DNA from: an uncultured Gemmatimonadota bacterium
Lineage (GTDB): Bacteria > JAAXHH01
Assembly (NCBI GenBank): GCA_951812955.1
Contig: OX638340.1
Span: 224,001-288,000, forward strand
DNA length: 64,000 bases
Direction of reading: 5' to 3'
The notes beneath the pieces were generated by a model. It was not told the origin of the DNA and ran no database searches. It worked only from the letters and a program-made list of their open reading frames with translations. Positions within the stretch are counted from its first letter, which is position 1. Each line of letters begins with the position of its first letter. The position numbers and the translations under genes are program-made. This document shows positions 17,080-27,204 of the stretch, piece by piece.

Positions 17080-19749
17080 ATGGCCGAGGGCTTGTCCCCG
17101 CAATACGATCCCGGAACCGTCGAACGGAAGTGGTACGCTTTCTGGGAAGAAAACCAGTTCTTTCACGCCGACCCCGACTCCGGCAAGCCGCCCTATTCCA
17201 TCGTTATACCCCCTCCCAACATCACCGGCATACTCCATCTCGGACACGTGCTGAACAACACGATCCAGGACGTGCTTATCCGATTCAAGCGCATGCAGGG
17301 CTTCGAAACCCTCTGGATGCCGGGAACGGATCATGCCGGTATCGCCACGCATGTCGTAGTCGAAAGGATGCTCGCCGAGCGGGGCATCGACCGAGAGGAA
17401 ATAGGTCGAGAGAGATTTGTGGAGGAAGTATGGAAATGGCGGGAGCAGTACGGCGGCACGATCGTCCGCCAGTTGAAGGAACTCGGTTGCTCATGTGACT
17501 GGAAGCGCGAGCGTTTCACCTTGGATGAAGGGCTTTCCAGGGCGGTTGCCACGGTATTCGTCGCGCTTTTCGAAAAGAAGATGATCTATCGGGGCGATCG
17601 CATCATCAACTGGTGCACCCGCTGCAATACAGCCCTGTCCAATGAGGAAGCCGTTCCCCTGGAAGAGCAGGGATCGCTGTGGCAGATCCGATATCCCCTG
17701 GAAAACCGAGATGGAGGGATCAGTATCGCCACGACGAGACCGGAGACCATGCTCGGTGACGCGGCGGTCGCGGTCCATCCGGAGGACGACCGTCACGCAC
17801 ACCTGGTGGGCGAACGGGTGAAGCTGCCTTTGACGGATCGGACCATCCCGGTCATTGCGGACGCGGAACTGGTGGACATGGCATTCGGAACGGGTGCCGT
17901 TAAAGTGACGCCGGCCCATGATTTCAACGATTTCATCATCGGCAACAAACACGATTTACCCCGAGTCGTGGTTATGGACGAGGACGGCGTGATGAACGAT
18001 GCCGCGGGCCTCGTCTACAAGGGACTGGACCGGTTCGACTGCAGGCGCAGGGTCGTGAAAGACCTCGAAGATCTCGGCTTGCTCGAAGGGATCGATGGGC
18101 ACGTCCATGCCGTGCGCCACTGCCAGCGTTGCGACTCGGTCCTCGAACCCCGGCTTTCACGACAGTGGTTTCTGAAGACCCGGCCACTCGCCCTGCGCCT
18201 CCTGCACGCCCTCGAAAAGGACGGATTGCCGGGTTTTACGCCGGAGCACTGGAAAAAGACGTACCGCCACTGGCTGGAGAACATCGAAGACTGGTGTCTT
18301 TCCCGGCAGCTGTGGTGGGGGCACCGCATCCCGGTCTGGTATTGCGAGTCGTGCGAAAGCGCGCACGCGGGCGTCGAAGCGCCCGCCGGTTGCGGCAGTT
18401 GCGGCCACGGCGTCCTGCGTCAGGACGAAGACGTGCTCGACACGTGGTTTTCCTCGGCCCTCTGGCCCTTTTCGACCATGGGCTGGCCGGACCGGACCGG
18501 GGAACTCCGAACCTTCTATCCCACTTCCACACTGGTTACCGGCCACGATATCCTGTTCTTCTGGGTCGTTCGCATGATGATGATGGGTTATGAGTTCATG
18601 GACGACCGGCCCTTCGACGACGTCTATCTGACGAGCCTGGTCCGCGACATTAAGGGACGCAAACTGAGCAAATCGCTCGGTAATTCGCCCGATCCCCTCG
18701 AGGTCATGGACACCTACGGCACCGACGCGCTGCGATACGCGATGATGCTGATCGCGCCGCACGGACAGGACTTGCTCTATTCCAACGAACAGGTTGAGGT
18801 GGGCCGTAATTTCGCGAACAAGATGTGGAACGCCGCACGGCTGGTGCTTATGCATCAAAAGCAGCCCGCACCCCAACACCTGATTCCCGAAAACCTCTGG
18901 GACCGCTGGATTTTGTCACGAATGGCGAGAACCGTCGATCAGGTAACCCAGTCCCTGGAGAGATACGCTTTCCACGAGACGGCGCTGCTGCTATACGATT
19001 TTTTCTGGCACGACTACTGCGATTGGTATCTCGAAACGATAAAGCAACGGGTCTACGACGAATCGAATCTCGATTCCGGGGAACAGGCACGGCGCACGGC
19101 CCTGCTTGTACTGGAACGGACGCTACGCCTGTTTCATCCGTTCATGCCGTTCATCACCGAGGAAATCTGGCAGCAGTTGAGGCCCTATCTGGCGGATGAT
19201 GACGCGGAACCGCCCGGCATCGTCGTAGCTCCCTGGCCGGAGGCGCATCCGGATTGGATTCAAACGGACGCCGAAGGGGACGTTCGCTTCGTACAGGAAT
19301 TGATCGGGGCCATCCGGGGCGTACGAGCCGATTTCCGGGTTCATCCTACCCGGGAAATGACGGTGTACTGCCAGGTCGCGGACACCGGGCTGATTGACGT
19401 GCTGTCCGGCGAGGCCGCGACGGTCCGGTCTCTGGCCAGAAGCGAATTGGTGTTTGTCGACGGCGACGGGGACCGGCCGGCCGGTTGCGCGTCCGGCGTG
19501 CTGCGAGACATGGAGTTCTACATCCCACTTATTGGACTGATCGACCTGGAGATCGAAACGGAACGTCTTTCGAAGGAGAGGAACCGGGTCGAGCAGGAGC
19601 TGGAAAAGGTCCGCAAGCGCCTGTCGAATGGCCAGTTCGTAAACAAGGCGCCAGCGGATGTCGTAGAGAAGGAAAAGAACAAGCAGAACGACTACGAGGA
19701 CATGATCGGCAGACTGAATCGGAATCTCGAAATGATTTGTGCCGGATGA
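17080..19749 (+). CDS. valS: valine--tRNA ligase
   Basis: Class I aaRS HIGH-type motif (PPPNITGILHLGHVLNN) and KMSKS variant (KLSKSLGN). CP1 editing domain present, plus a C-terminal coiled-coil tail typical of ValRS. Length is 889 aa. Confidence 0.95.
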   Translation: MAEGLSPQYDPGTVERKWYAFWEENQFFHADPDSGKPPYSIVIPPPNITGILHLGHVLNNTIQDVLIRFKRMQGFETLWMPGTDHAGIATHVVVERMLAERGIDREEIGRERFVEEVWKWREQYGGTIVRQLKELGCSCDWKRERFTLDEGLSRAVATVFVALFEKKMIYRGDRIINWCTRCNTALSNEEAVPLEEQGSLWQIRYPLENRDGGISIATTRPETMLGDAAVAVHPEDDRHAHLVGERVKLPLTDRTIPVIADAELVDMAFGTGAVKVTPAHDFNDFIIGNKHDLPRVVVMDEDGVMNDAAGLVYKGLDRFDCRRRVVKDLEDLGLLEGIDGHVHAVRHCQRCDSVLEPRLSRQWFLKTRPLALRLLHALEKDGLPGFTPEHWKKTYRHWLENIEDWCLSRQLWWGHRIPVWYCESCESAHAGVEAPAGCGSCGHGVLRQDEDVLDTWFSSALWPFSTMGWPDRTGELRTFYPTSTLVTGHDILFFWVVRMMMMGYEFMDDRPFDDVYLTSLVRDIKGRKLSKSLGNSPDPLEVMDTYGTDALRYAMMLIAPHGQDLLYSNEQVEVGRNFANKMWNAARLVLMHQKQPAPQHLIPENLWDRWILSRMARTVDQVTQSLERYAFHETALLLYDFFWHDYCDWYLETIKQRVYDESNLDSGEQARRTALLVLERTLRLFHPFMPFITEEIWQQLRPYLADDDAEPPGIVVAPWPEAHPDWIQTDAEGDVRFVQELIGAIRGVRADFRVHPTREMTVYCQVADTGLIDVLSGEAATVRSLARSELVFVDGDGDRPAGCASGVLRDMEFYIPLIGLIDLEIETERLSKERNRVEQELEKVRKRLSNGQFVNKAPADVVEKEKNKQNDYEDMIGRLNRNLEMICAG

Positions 19750-20573
19750 GCGTCGAACGCTATATTGATTTACACGCCCACAGCGACTGTTCGGATGGCG
19801 TCGATACCCCCGAAGAGCTCGTTGCCAAGGCCCGCGCCGCCGGTTTGCACGCACTGGCGATCACTGACCACGACGCGGTGGACGGCGTTGAGCGGGCGCG
19901 TCGCGTTTCTCCCGGGGACCTGGAGATCGTGTCCGGCGTGGAACTCAGTGCGAGGGAAGGCGCTTCCGACGTGCATGTGCTGGGTTATTGCTTCGATCCG
20001 GCCAACCCGGAGTTGCTTGCTTATCTGGAAACCTTCAGGTCAAACCGGTTGAGCCGGGCGGAAGGAATCGTACAGAAGCTCAATGACCTGGGCGTGACGC
20101 TCGAACTGGAATCGGTCTTCGCCCACGCGCGGGACGCCAAAGCCAGCATTGGCAGACCGCATATCGCCCGGGCGTTGGTGGAAAGCCGCCAGGTCGGTTC
20201 CATGCAGGACGCCTTTACGAAGTACCTCGGCAATCATGCCCCCGCCTATGTGCCCAAGATGCTGTTCACTGTCGGGAATGCGGTTCAGATCATTCACGAC
20301 GCGGGCGGCGTGGCGGTGCTGGCCCACCCGGGTTCCCTTCGGCGGGACGAGTTGATTCCCGGATTCATCGAATCCGGATTGGACGGCCTGGAGGTCATCC
20401 ACCCGGACCACTCGTCAACGGTCCGTCGTTATTACGGACAACTGGCGTCAAAGAACAGGCTGGTTACAACGGGTGGATCGGACTACCACGGACCGCGGCC
20501 GGACCGATGCGGCCTGGGTGGAATGAAGGTTCCTTATCGACATCTGGCCGACTTGAAACGGATTTCGGACTGA
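19746..20573 (+). CDS. PHP-domain metal-dependent phosphoesterase (TrpH/YciV, RNase AM-like)
   Basis: N-terminal YIDLHAHSDCSDG (the PHP His/Asp metal-binding motif) and a C-terminal GGSDYHG. The ATG overlaps the valS stop (ATGA). The long upstream extension of the ORF call (from 19485) is rejected. Confidence 0.8.
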   Translation: MSVERYIDLHAHSDCSDGVDTPEELVAKARAAGLHALAITDHDAVDGVERARRVSPGDLEIVSGVELSAREGASDVHVLGYCFDPANPELLAYLETFRSNRLSRAEGIVQKLNDLGVTLELESVFAHARDAKASIGRPHIARALVESRQVGSMQDAFTKYLGNHAPAYVPKMLFTVGNAVQIIHDAGGVAVLAHPGSLRRDELIPGFIESGLDGLEVIHPDHSSTVRRYYGQLASKNRLVTTGGSDYHGPRPDRCGLGGMKVPYRHLADLKRISD

Positions 20574-20633
20574 ATCCAGCTGACTTGCCGCGCTTTCGGT
20601 CTAGGGTTTCAGAAGGAATCAAGGAGACGAAAT

Positions 20634-21668
20634 ATGCGTTTTATCCTGCCGGACTTCTTTTCTAATGATATCGGCATCGATCTGGGTACGGCCAATACGC
20701 TCGTATATGTCCGTGGCAGAGGCATTGTGATCAACGAGCCATCCGTGGTGGCCGTCAATACCAAGTCCGGGAAAGTCGTCGCCGTCGGTGCCGAGGCTAA
20801 AGTCATGCTCGGAAGGGAGCCGCCCGATCTCAAGGCGCACCGGCCGTTGCGCGATGGCGTGATTGCCGACTTCGAGTATACGGAAGCGATGATTCGATAC
20901 TTCATCCGCAAGGTCCTCAAGAATTCATTCTTCATTCGGCCACGCGTCGTGGCATGTATTCCCTCGGGAGTGACCGACGTTGAAATGAGGGCGGTCCGGG
21001 ATTCGGCGGAGCGAGCGGGCGCCAAGGAAGTGATGTTGATATCCGAGCCCATGGCGGCCGCTATCGGTTGTTCGTTGCCCGTGGATGAACCGGTGGGCAG
21101 CATGATCATCGATATCGGCGGCGGGACGTCGGAGATCGCCGTGATCTCCCTTGGCGGCATCGTGACGGCAAAGTCGGTACGCATCGGCGGCGATGAAATG
21201 GACGAGGCAATCATCAACCACATGAAGAACGACTGCAACCTTCAGATCGGCTACAATATGGCCGAACAGATCAAGTGGAATCTCGGGTCGGCCTATCCGG
21301 TGTTCGACAAGGAACTGGATATGACGGTAAAGGGGCTCGATCTGATCGACAGGATACCACGTTCTGTAGTTGTCGATTCCCTGGCGATTCGCAGGGTACT
21401 TTCCCAGCCGCTCGACGGGGTGATCATGGCAGTGCGGCAAACCCTGGAATTGACACCGGCGGAACTGGCGGCCGATATTATCGATCGCGGTATCATCATA
21501 AGCGGAGGCGGGTCCCGGCTGCCCGGCCTGGACAGGCAGATCACGAAGGAGACCAAGCTGCCGGTAAGGCTCGATGAGGAGCCTATGACGTCCGTTGTTC
21601 GGGGAGCGGGAAAGATCATAGAGAACTTTGCCGCTTACGAGACTATGCTGAGCGTCCTGAAGGACTAG
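20634..21668 (+). CDS. mreB: rod-shape determining actin homolog MreB
   Basis: Motifs IGIDLGTANTLVYV and DIGGGTSEIAV; 344 aa; followed by mreC and mreD. Confidence 0.95.
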   Translation: MRFILPDFFSNDIGIDLGTANTLVYVRGRGIVINEPSVVAVNTKSGKVVAVGAEAKVMLGREPPDLKAHRPLRDGVIADFEYTEAMIRYFIRKVLKNSFFIRPRVVACIPSGVTDVEMRAVRDSAERAGAKEVMLISEPMAAAIGCSLPVDEPVGSMIIDIGGGTSEIAVISLGGIVTAKSVRIGGDEMDEAIINHMKNDCNLQIGYNMAEQIKWNLGSAYPVFDKELDMTVKGLDLIDRIPRSVVVDSLAIRRVLSQPLDGVIMAVRQTLELTPAELAADIIDRGIIISGGGSRLPGLDRQITKETKLPVRLDEEPMTSVVRGAGKIIENFAAYETMLSVLKD

Positions 21669-21669
21669 C

Positions 21670-22485
21670 ATGTTCCGGTTCTTTTACGTTCTGTATCACC
21701 AACGCCAGTACACAGCTTTCGCGCTCGCCATGGTCATCTCGATCCTGCTTCTGACGGCGTCCCCGCAGCGGCAGATCGGTGTCATGCGGATCGTCTGGTT
21801 GACTGTGCTGACGCCTTTTCAGGAAGCGTTCGCCTTCATTCCGTCGTATTTCAACCTCAAATCCGAAAACCAGCTGCTGCGACAGAAACTCGTCCAGATG
21901 CAATTGCAGACCGCCGATCTCGAGGAACGAAGATTTGAAAACCAGCGGCTGCGCGGGCTCCTCAGTCTGAAGGACAGAAAGAAGTATACCTATGTGCCCG
22001 CCGAAGTCGTCGGCTGGAATACCGATCAGAGGCTGAACACCATTATCATCGATGTCGGTCGTTTCGATCAGATCCGCAAGTACATGGCCGTAGTGATGGA
22101 AGACGGTGTCCTGGGTAGAATCATCGAAGTCGGCCTGACTTCGTCCTACGTGCAATTGCTTTCCGACAGAAACTGCCGTATCAGCGGCCTGGTCCAGCGA
22201 AGCCGGGAACAGGGAATCATCCGCTACCAGAATGAAGCGTTGTATATGCAGTTGCCATTACGGGCAGACGTCCGTCTAGGCGACCGCGTGGTGACATCCG
22301 GCCTGGGGGAGACCTTTCCTTCGGGATTGCCCGTTGGCAGTATAAGCCGGATCGCACTCGGAAGCCGGAACCTTTTCAAGCAGGTAACGATCACTCCCGC
22401 GGTGGAACTGAATCGTCTGGAGGAGGTGTTTGTGATCGCGGGTGAAGAAACACCTGCCGCGGCCGATTCGCTCCAGGTCGAGTAA
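21670..22485 (+). CDS. mreC: rod-shape determining protein MreC
   Basis: N-terminal TM, a coiled coil, then a beta-rich C-terminal domain (VVTSGLGETFPSGLPVG). Positioned between mreB and mreD. Confidence 0.8.
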   Translation: MFRFFYVLYHQRQYTAFALAMVISILLLTASPQRQIGVMRIVWLTVLTPFQEAFAFIPSYFNLKSENQLLRQKLVQMQLQTADLEERRFENQRLRGLLSLKDRKKYTYVPAEVVGWNTDQRLNTIIIDVGRFDQIRKYMAVVMEDGVLGRIIEVGLTSSYVQLLSDRNCRISGLVQRSREQGIIRYQNEALYMQLPLRADVRLGDRVVTSGLGETFPSGLPVGSISRIALGSRNLFKQVTITPAVELNRLEEVFVIAGEETPAAADSLQVE

Positions 22486-22526
22486 TCTCGGGTTCGACGA
22501 GCCGGTTTTTATGATCCAGCTATTCC

Positions 22527-23027
22527 ATGCACTTAAAACACGCTATCCTACTGTTCCTGGCATTTGTAATCGACAGTACCTGGGGACACGAAATCGCCAT
22601 ACGGACTATCAGGCCGGATTTCGTACTGATGATCCTGATCTTTGGCGCGATGGGATCGGGCGCCTTCTGGGGGACCATCCTGGGCTTCAGCGTAGGGCTC
22701 ATGGAGGATTTCAACAGCACGCCTGTGAACCTGGGACTCAATGCCATGTGCAATACGCTGATCGCATACGGCGTGGGAATTGCCGGAAAAACGCTCTACA
22801 GGGACAGTCTCTCTACCCTGCTGCTCACGCTGCTTGCCGCCAGCCTGGTCCACGCCGTCATTTACTGGCTGGTATTCACCCGGTTCCAACTGGCTGAATC
22901 TGTATTCATGCTGGCAACGGTCTCATTGCCCACGATGCTTTACACCGTCTCCGTAGCCCTGTTGCTCGTGCTCGGATTGACCTATCGACAGGGACAGATC
23001 AATGTCCGGTGGCTTTTCCCAGAATGA
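22527..23027 (+). CDS. mreD: rod-shape determining protein MreD
   Basis: Small 166-aa polytopic membrane protein lying between mreC and mrdA. Confidence 0.7.
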   Translation: MHLKHAILLFLAFVIDSTWGHEIAIRTIRPDFVLMILIFGAMGSGAFWGTILGFSVGLMEDFNSTPVNLGLNAMCNTLIAYGVGIAGKTLYRDSLSTLLLTLLAASLVHAVIYWLVFTRFQLAESVFMLATVSLPTMLYTVSVALLLVLGLTYRQGQINVRWLFPE

Positions 23028-24822
23028 CAATTCCTCGCACAGGGGCCAGTTGTACCTGTTTATGGGCATCGTAACGGCACTCTTTCTGCTACTGGCCGTT
23101 CGCCTGTTTTATTTTCAGGTCATTTCGGGCGAGGAGTACCGGGCGCATTCGGAACGGAACCGGATTCGGCCGGTCGTGCTCGAAGCGCTGCGTGGATTGA
23201 TCCTGGACCGCTACGGGGTCGTCCTGGCGGAGAACAGTCCATCCTATACCATTGACGCCGTTCCTTTCGAGACCTCCGACGAAACAGTGGACTACTTGGG
23301 GGAACTCACCGGGCAGGATGTCCAGGCTATTCGAAGGCGTATTCGCGATCCGTCCGTGAACCGGTTCAATCCCATACCCGTTCAGCGGAACGTTTCCTTT
23401 AATATCGCGTCCCAGGTCGAAGAACACTTGCTGGACCTTCCCGGTGTATTCGTTCAGATAACCCCCGGCCGGATGTACGGCAAGGGAACGCTGGCGAGCC
23501 ACGTGCTCGGTTACGTTTCCGAAATAAGCCGTGCGGAACTCGATGGACTGGCCGACGAAGGATATCGATCCGGCGACATCATCGGAAAACTGGGGGTAGA
23601 AAAGTCCTTTGAACAACACCTTCGCGGCCAGAACGGCCTGGAGTTCATGGAAGTCAACGCGCGCGGCGAGGAACTCGGACCACTGCCCGGCATGCCGGTC
23701 CTTCTGCCGGAGACGGGAAACAACGTTTATCTGACCCTGGATACCCGGATTCAGTCCGTAGCCGAGGAGGCGGTTCCCGACAGCCTGGCCGGAGCGCTGG
23801 TCGCGGTGGAACCCAGGACAGGCGCGGTCATCGCGATCGTCAGCAGGCCCGGATACGACCCGAACCTGTTCACGGAGTGGATTCCCCAGGAGACGTGGGA
23901 TACGCTTCGCAATCATCCACTGAAGCCGCTGTTGGACCGGACCCGGGACGGGCAGTATCCGCCGGCTTCGACGATGAAAATCGTAACAGCCAGCGCCGCG
24001 CTGGAAGAAGATCTGGTCACGCCGAACTCGGTATTCCGTTCCTGTAACCGAGGTTACCAATTTGGCAATCGCTGGGCGGGTTGCTGGACCTCCGGTCACG
24101 GTTCCATGTCATTCAGGGATGCTATGACCAATTCCTGCGATGTCTATTTCTACCAGGTGGGACACCTGCTTGGATTGGATCGATGGGGCAGGTACGCGCG
24201 GGGCTTCGGCTTCGGAGTCCCTTCCGGTATCGACGCGGGCGTCGAACAGGCCGGACTGGTACCCGATGCCGACTATTACGATCCGGCGAAGAACCGTGTC
24301 TGGACTCCCGGCAAGATTCTCAACCTGGCGATCGGCCAGGGCGAGCTGCTCGTTACTCCCCTGCAGATGGCAATGATGACAGCCGCGGTGGCGAATGGAG
24401 GCGTGCTGTACAAGCCATACATACTCGACCGGGTTGAATCGGCCGACGGAGAAACGGTGACAACCGGCGAGCCGAGGATCAGGGACTGGCTGCCTGTTTC
24501 CGTCGAAACACTGCGTCTGATCCAGGATTCCATGATCGCTGTGGTGAACGAAGGAACCGCGAGGTCGGCGCAACTGCCCTACGCGCAATTGGCGGGGAAG
24601 ACGGGCACGGCGGAGAATCCGCACGGCCTGGATCATTCGTGGTTTATCGCGTACGCTCCGGCGGAAGCGCCCCGTATAGCCGTTGCTGCGGTCATGGAGA
24701 ACGCGCCTTCGGGCTCTGCCGTACCCGTCGTACGGAAGGTAATCGACGCCTATCTCTCCCTGGAGAACCGACCTGTTGCCGGCCGCATCGACGAAGATTC
24801 CGCGGATTACGCCATACCCTAG
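23002..24822 (+). CDS. mrdA: peptidoglycan D,D-transpeptidase PBP2 (MrdA)
   Basis: TM anchor, a PBP dimerisation domain, and transpeptidase motifs STMK (PASTMKIVTA), SCD (NSCDVYF) and KTGT (AGKTGTAE). Paired with rodA. An alternative ATG lies at 23062. Confidence 0.85.
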   Translation: MSGGFSQNDNSSHRGQLYLFMGIVTALFLLLAVRLFYFQVISGEEYRAHSERNRIRPVVLEALRGLILDRYGVVLAENSPSYTIDAVPFETSDETVDYLGELTGQDVQAIRRRIRDPSVNRFNPIPVQRNVSFNIASQVEEHLLDLPGVFVQITPGRMYGKGTLASHVLGYVSEISRAELDGLADEGYRSGDIIGKLGVEKSFEQHLRGQNGLEFMEVNARGEELGPLPGMPVLLPETGNNVYLTLDTRIQSVAEEAVPDSLAGALVAVEPRTGAVIAIVSRPGYDPNLFTEWIPQETWDTLRNHPLKPLLDRTRDGQYPPASTMKIVTASAALEEDLVTPNSVFRSCNRGYQFGNRWAGCWTSGHGSMSFRDAMTNSCDVYFYQVGHLLGLDRWGRYARGFGFGVPSGIDAGVEQAGLVPDADYYDPAKNRVWTPGKILNLAIGQGELLVTPLQMAMMTAAVANGGVLYKPYILDRVESADGETVTTGEPRIRDWLPVSVETLRLIQDSMIAVVNEGTARSAQLPYAQLAGKTGTAENPHGLDHSWFIAYAPAEAPRIAVAAVMENAPSGSAVPVVRKVIDAYLSLENRPVAGRIDEDSADYAIP

Positions 24823-24841
24823 GAAATACGCCTGAAATCCC

Positions 24842-26059
24842 ATGGAAATCCACTTAAACCGCACACTCGTCATCATATCCCTCCTGTTGTCCGTGATCGG
24901 CATTATCGTGATCTACAGCGCCACGCGGGACGTAACCGGTCTGGGCATGTCCCGTTTCATGCTGCAGTCCATGTGGTTCCTGACCGGTATCGGGGTCATG
25001 TACGTGACTTCGGTGTTGCCGACCCGGTTCCTTCAGGCCATTACCATCCCGGTATTCGTGCTGGTGATGGTCCTGCTGGTCATCGTTCTGACCACCGAGA
25101 CAGTCAAGGGGTCCAGCCGGTGGATCAGATTCGGCTTTATCGGCATACAGCCTTCCGAGCTGGCGAAAATCGCCGTCATCATGGCGCTCGCACTGTATCT
25201 TTCCCAGGTGCGGTCCAACATTCACCGGCCATCGGTTATAGCCACCTGCGGGTTTATCGTGGCGCTGCCCGTTTTCCTGATTCTGTCGCAGCCCGACCTG
25301 GGCACTTCCATCGTTTTTGGAGCGATCCTATGCGGCGTGCTGCTCTGGGCGGGGTTGAGCGTCCTCGAACTGATTCTCATGGTTTCTCCCCTGATCGGTG
25401 TCGTTATCGGCGTCGTGAGCGGGTTCGACTGGGTAATCTGGTCGGTATTCATTCTGAGCGTGGCCGGGATCATGTATCTGAAGCGGCCTCCCCGGTTCGT
25501 CACCATATTCCTGATCGTGGCTCATCTGGGCGTTGGCCTGGGCGCCGAACCGCTCTGGGATTCGCTGCACGACTATCAGCAGCAGCGCGTCGAAACCTTT
25601 CTGAATCCTCAGGTCGATCCCAAAGGCGCGGGTTACCAGATCATCCAATCCAAAATCGCCATCGGATCAGGCGGATTGACCGGGCGTGGGTTTCTGCAGG
25701 GATCTCAAACCCACCTTGCGTTCCTCCCCGAACAGCACACTGATTTCATCTTCTCCGTCATCGCCGAGGAATTCGGGTTCTTGGGCTCGATCGCCGTCCT
25801 CGGGCTGTACTACGTCTTCATACTCATCGGCATCAATATCGCCATGAACGTCAAGAGCCGGTACCAGGCCATGCTGGCGGCCGGTTGCGTTTCCGTTTTC
25901 ACTTTTCACGTGGTCATGAACATTGGGATGGCCGTCGGTGTGCTGCCGATCGCCGGCGTACCCCTTCCTTTTCTCAGCTACGGCGGCTCTTTTTTAATGT
26001 CCAGCCTGATACTGTGCGGCCTGTTGTTGAATGTCTGGCGTCATCGATTTGACTACTGA
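24842..26059 (+). CDS. rodA: SEDS-family peptidoglycan glycosyltransferase RodA
   Basis: PEQHTDFIFSVIAEEFGFLG loop and C-terminal VPLPFLSYGGS. Lies directly downstream of mrdA. Confidence 0.85.
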   Translation: MEIHLNRTLVIISLLLSVIGIIVIYSATRDVTGLGMSRFMLQSMWFLTGIGVMYVTSVLPTRFLQAITIPVFVLVMVLLVIVLTTETVKGSSRWIRFGFIGIQPSELAKIAVIMALALYLSQVRSNIHRPSVIATCGFIVALPVFLILSQPDLGTSIVFGAILCGVLLWAGLSVLELILMVSPLIGVVIGVVSGFDWVIWSVFILSVAGIMYLKRPPRFVTIFLIVAHLGVGLGAEPLWDSLHDYQQQRVETFLNPQVDPKGAGYQIIQSKIAIGSGGLTGRGFLQGSQTHLAFLPEQHTDFIFSVIAEEFGFLGSIAVLGLYYVFILIGINIAMNVKSRYQAMLAAGCVSVFTFHVVMNIGMAVGVLPIAGVPLPFLSYGGSFLMSSLILCGLLLNVWRHRFDY

Positions 26060-26091
26060 ATCCCATCTCCCGTCGCGAACAAGGATATAAA

Positions 26092-26925
26092 ATGCATCCC
26101 ATACTTTTTGAGATCGGCCCACTGACTGTACGAACCTACGGCCTTTTGCTTGCCGTATCCTTCATGGTTGGGATTCTCCTGGCGCTTAGACGATCCAGGG
26201 CCCGTGGCTTGAACCAGAACAAGATGGTCAACATGAGCCTGCTCATCATGCTCACGGGCATCGTCGGCGCCAGGATCATGTATGTCATACCCCACTGGAA
26301 CGAGTTCAGTGCGAACCCCCTCGATATCATCAGTCCCTTTCAAAGCTCCGGTTCGATCGGTCTGACCGGATTGACCCTGTACGGCGGATTCATCGCGGCG
26401 GTCCTGGCATCCATACTGTACCTTCGCATGAACAGGCTGTCGGTATGGAAGGCCTGCGACGCCTTTGCACCGAGTATCGCCCTCGGTATCGGGATCAGCC
26501 GCGTCGGTTGCTTTATGAACGGCTGCTGTTTCGGACTTCCCACCGAGTCGGCCCTGGGTGTAGTCTTCCCGGCGTTCAGCGCGGCGGGCTCTTTCTATCC
26601 GGACGTCTCGCTTCATCCCGCCCAGCTGTACAACGCCGTACTGGGCTTCAGCCTCTTCGGCCTGTTGATGTGGCTGGACCGTAAGCCTCGATTCGACGGA
26701 TTCCTCTTTGCCATGCTGCTGATTACAGAACCCATCACTCGGTTTTTCGTCGATCTGTTCAGGTACTATGAATCCAGCATGACGCTGGGCAACCTGGGCG
26801 GCGCGGTCCTTTCGGTAAACCAGGGGATCAGTATCGTTTTGTGCGGCGTTGGGTTCCTCCTCCTGGGGTGGCTCAGAAACCGCGCCCGGCGACGTTCGGA
26901 TCGGAGTCGGCCCCGTCGTGCGTGA
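26092..26925 (+). CDS. lgt: prolipoprotein diacylglyceryl transferase
   Basis: N-terminal FEIGPLTVRTYGLLLAVSFMVG, and the Lgt signature region with conserved G and H residues (MYVIPHW...RVGCFMNGCCFG). Confidence 0.85.
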   Translation: MHPILFEIGPLTVRTYGLLLAVSFMVGILLALRRSRARGLNQNKMVNMSLLIMLTGIVGARIMYVIPHWNEFSANPLDIISPFQSSGSIGLTGLTLYGGFIAAVLASILYLRMNRLSVWKACDAFAPSIALGIGISRVGCFMNGCCFGLPTESALGVVFPAFSAAGSFYPDVSLHPAQLYNAVLGFSLFGLLMWLDRKPRFDGFLFAMLLITEPITRFFVDLFRYYESSMTLGNLGGAVLSVNQGISIVLCGVGFLLLGWLRNRARRRSDRSRPRRA

Positions 26926-26958
26926 CGTAATCCGGTACGGCGGTCCATTTTCTTTCGC

Positions 26959-27062
26959 GCTTCAGTCCAGCCATCATCCGTGCTGACGCGGGCCGATGAT
27001 CCGCCGGAACGCTTCAGTCCAGCCATCATCCTTGCTGACGCGGGCCGTTGATCCGCCGGAAC
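26959..27062. repeat. perfectly tandem 2 x 52-bp direct repeat (2 mismatches) in the lgt-comF intergenic region
   Basis: Unit gcttcagtccagccatcatccgtgctgacgcgggccgatgatccgccggaac spans 26959-27010, and the second copy spans 27011-27062. A perfect 7-bp/5-nt-loop hairpin, tctcgca-caata-tgcgaga, follows at 27076-27094. Confidence 0.9.
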
Positions 27063-27204
27063 GATTACGCCGGTATCTCGCACAATATGCGAGAAACGGG
27101 CTGCGGTTATAGACTGATATAAGAAAGGAACCGCTGGAAACAGGTTTCGCTTCGACGGACGCGCCGGTCTTCGGTGATCCCCTTCCTATACGAATCGATC
27201 GTGC

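Noticed and set aside
26959-27062. CRISPR array at the 52-bp tandem repeat (and at the 31-bp repeat 59621-59686)
   Set aside because: Only two directly abutting copies with no spacers between them and no cas genes anywhere in the window. These are simple tandem duplications.
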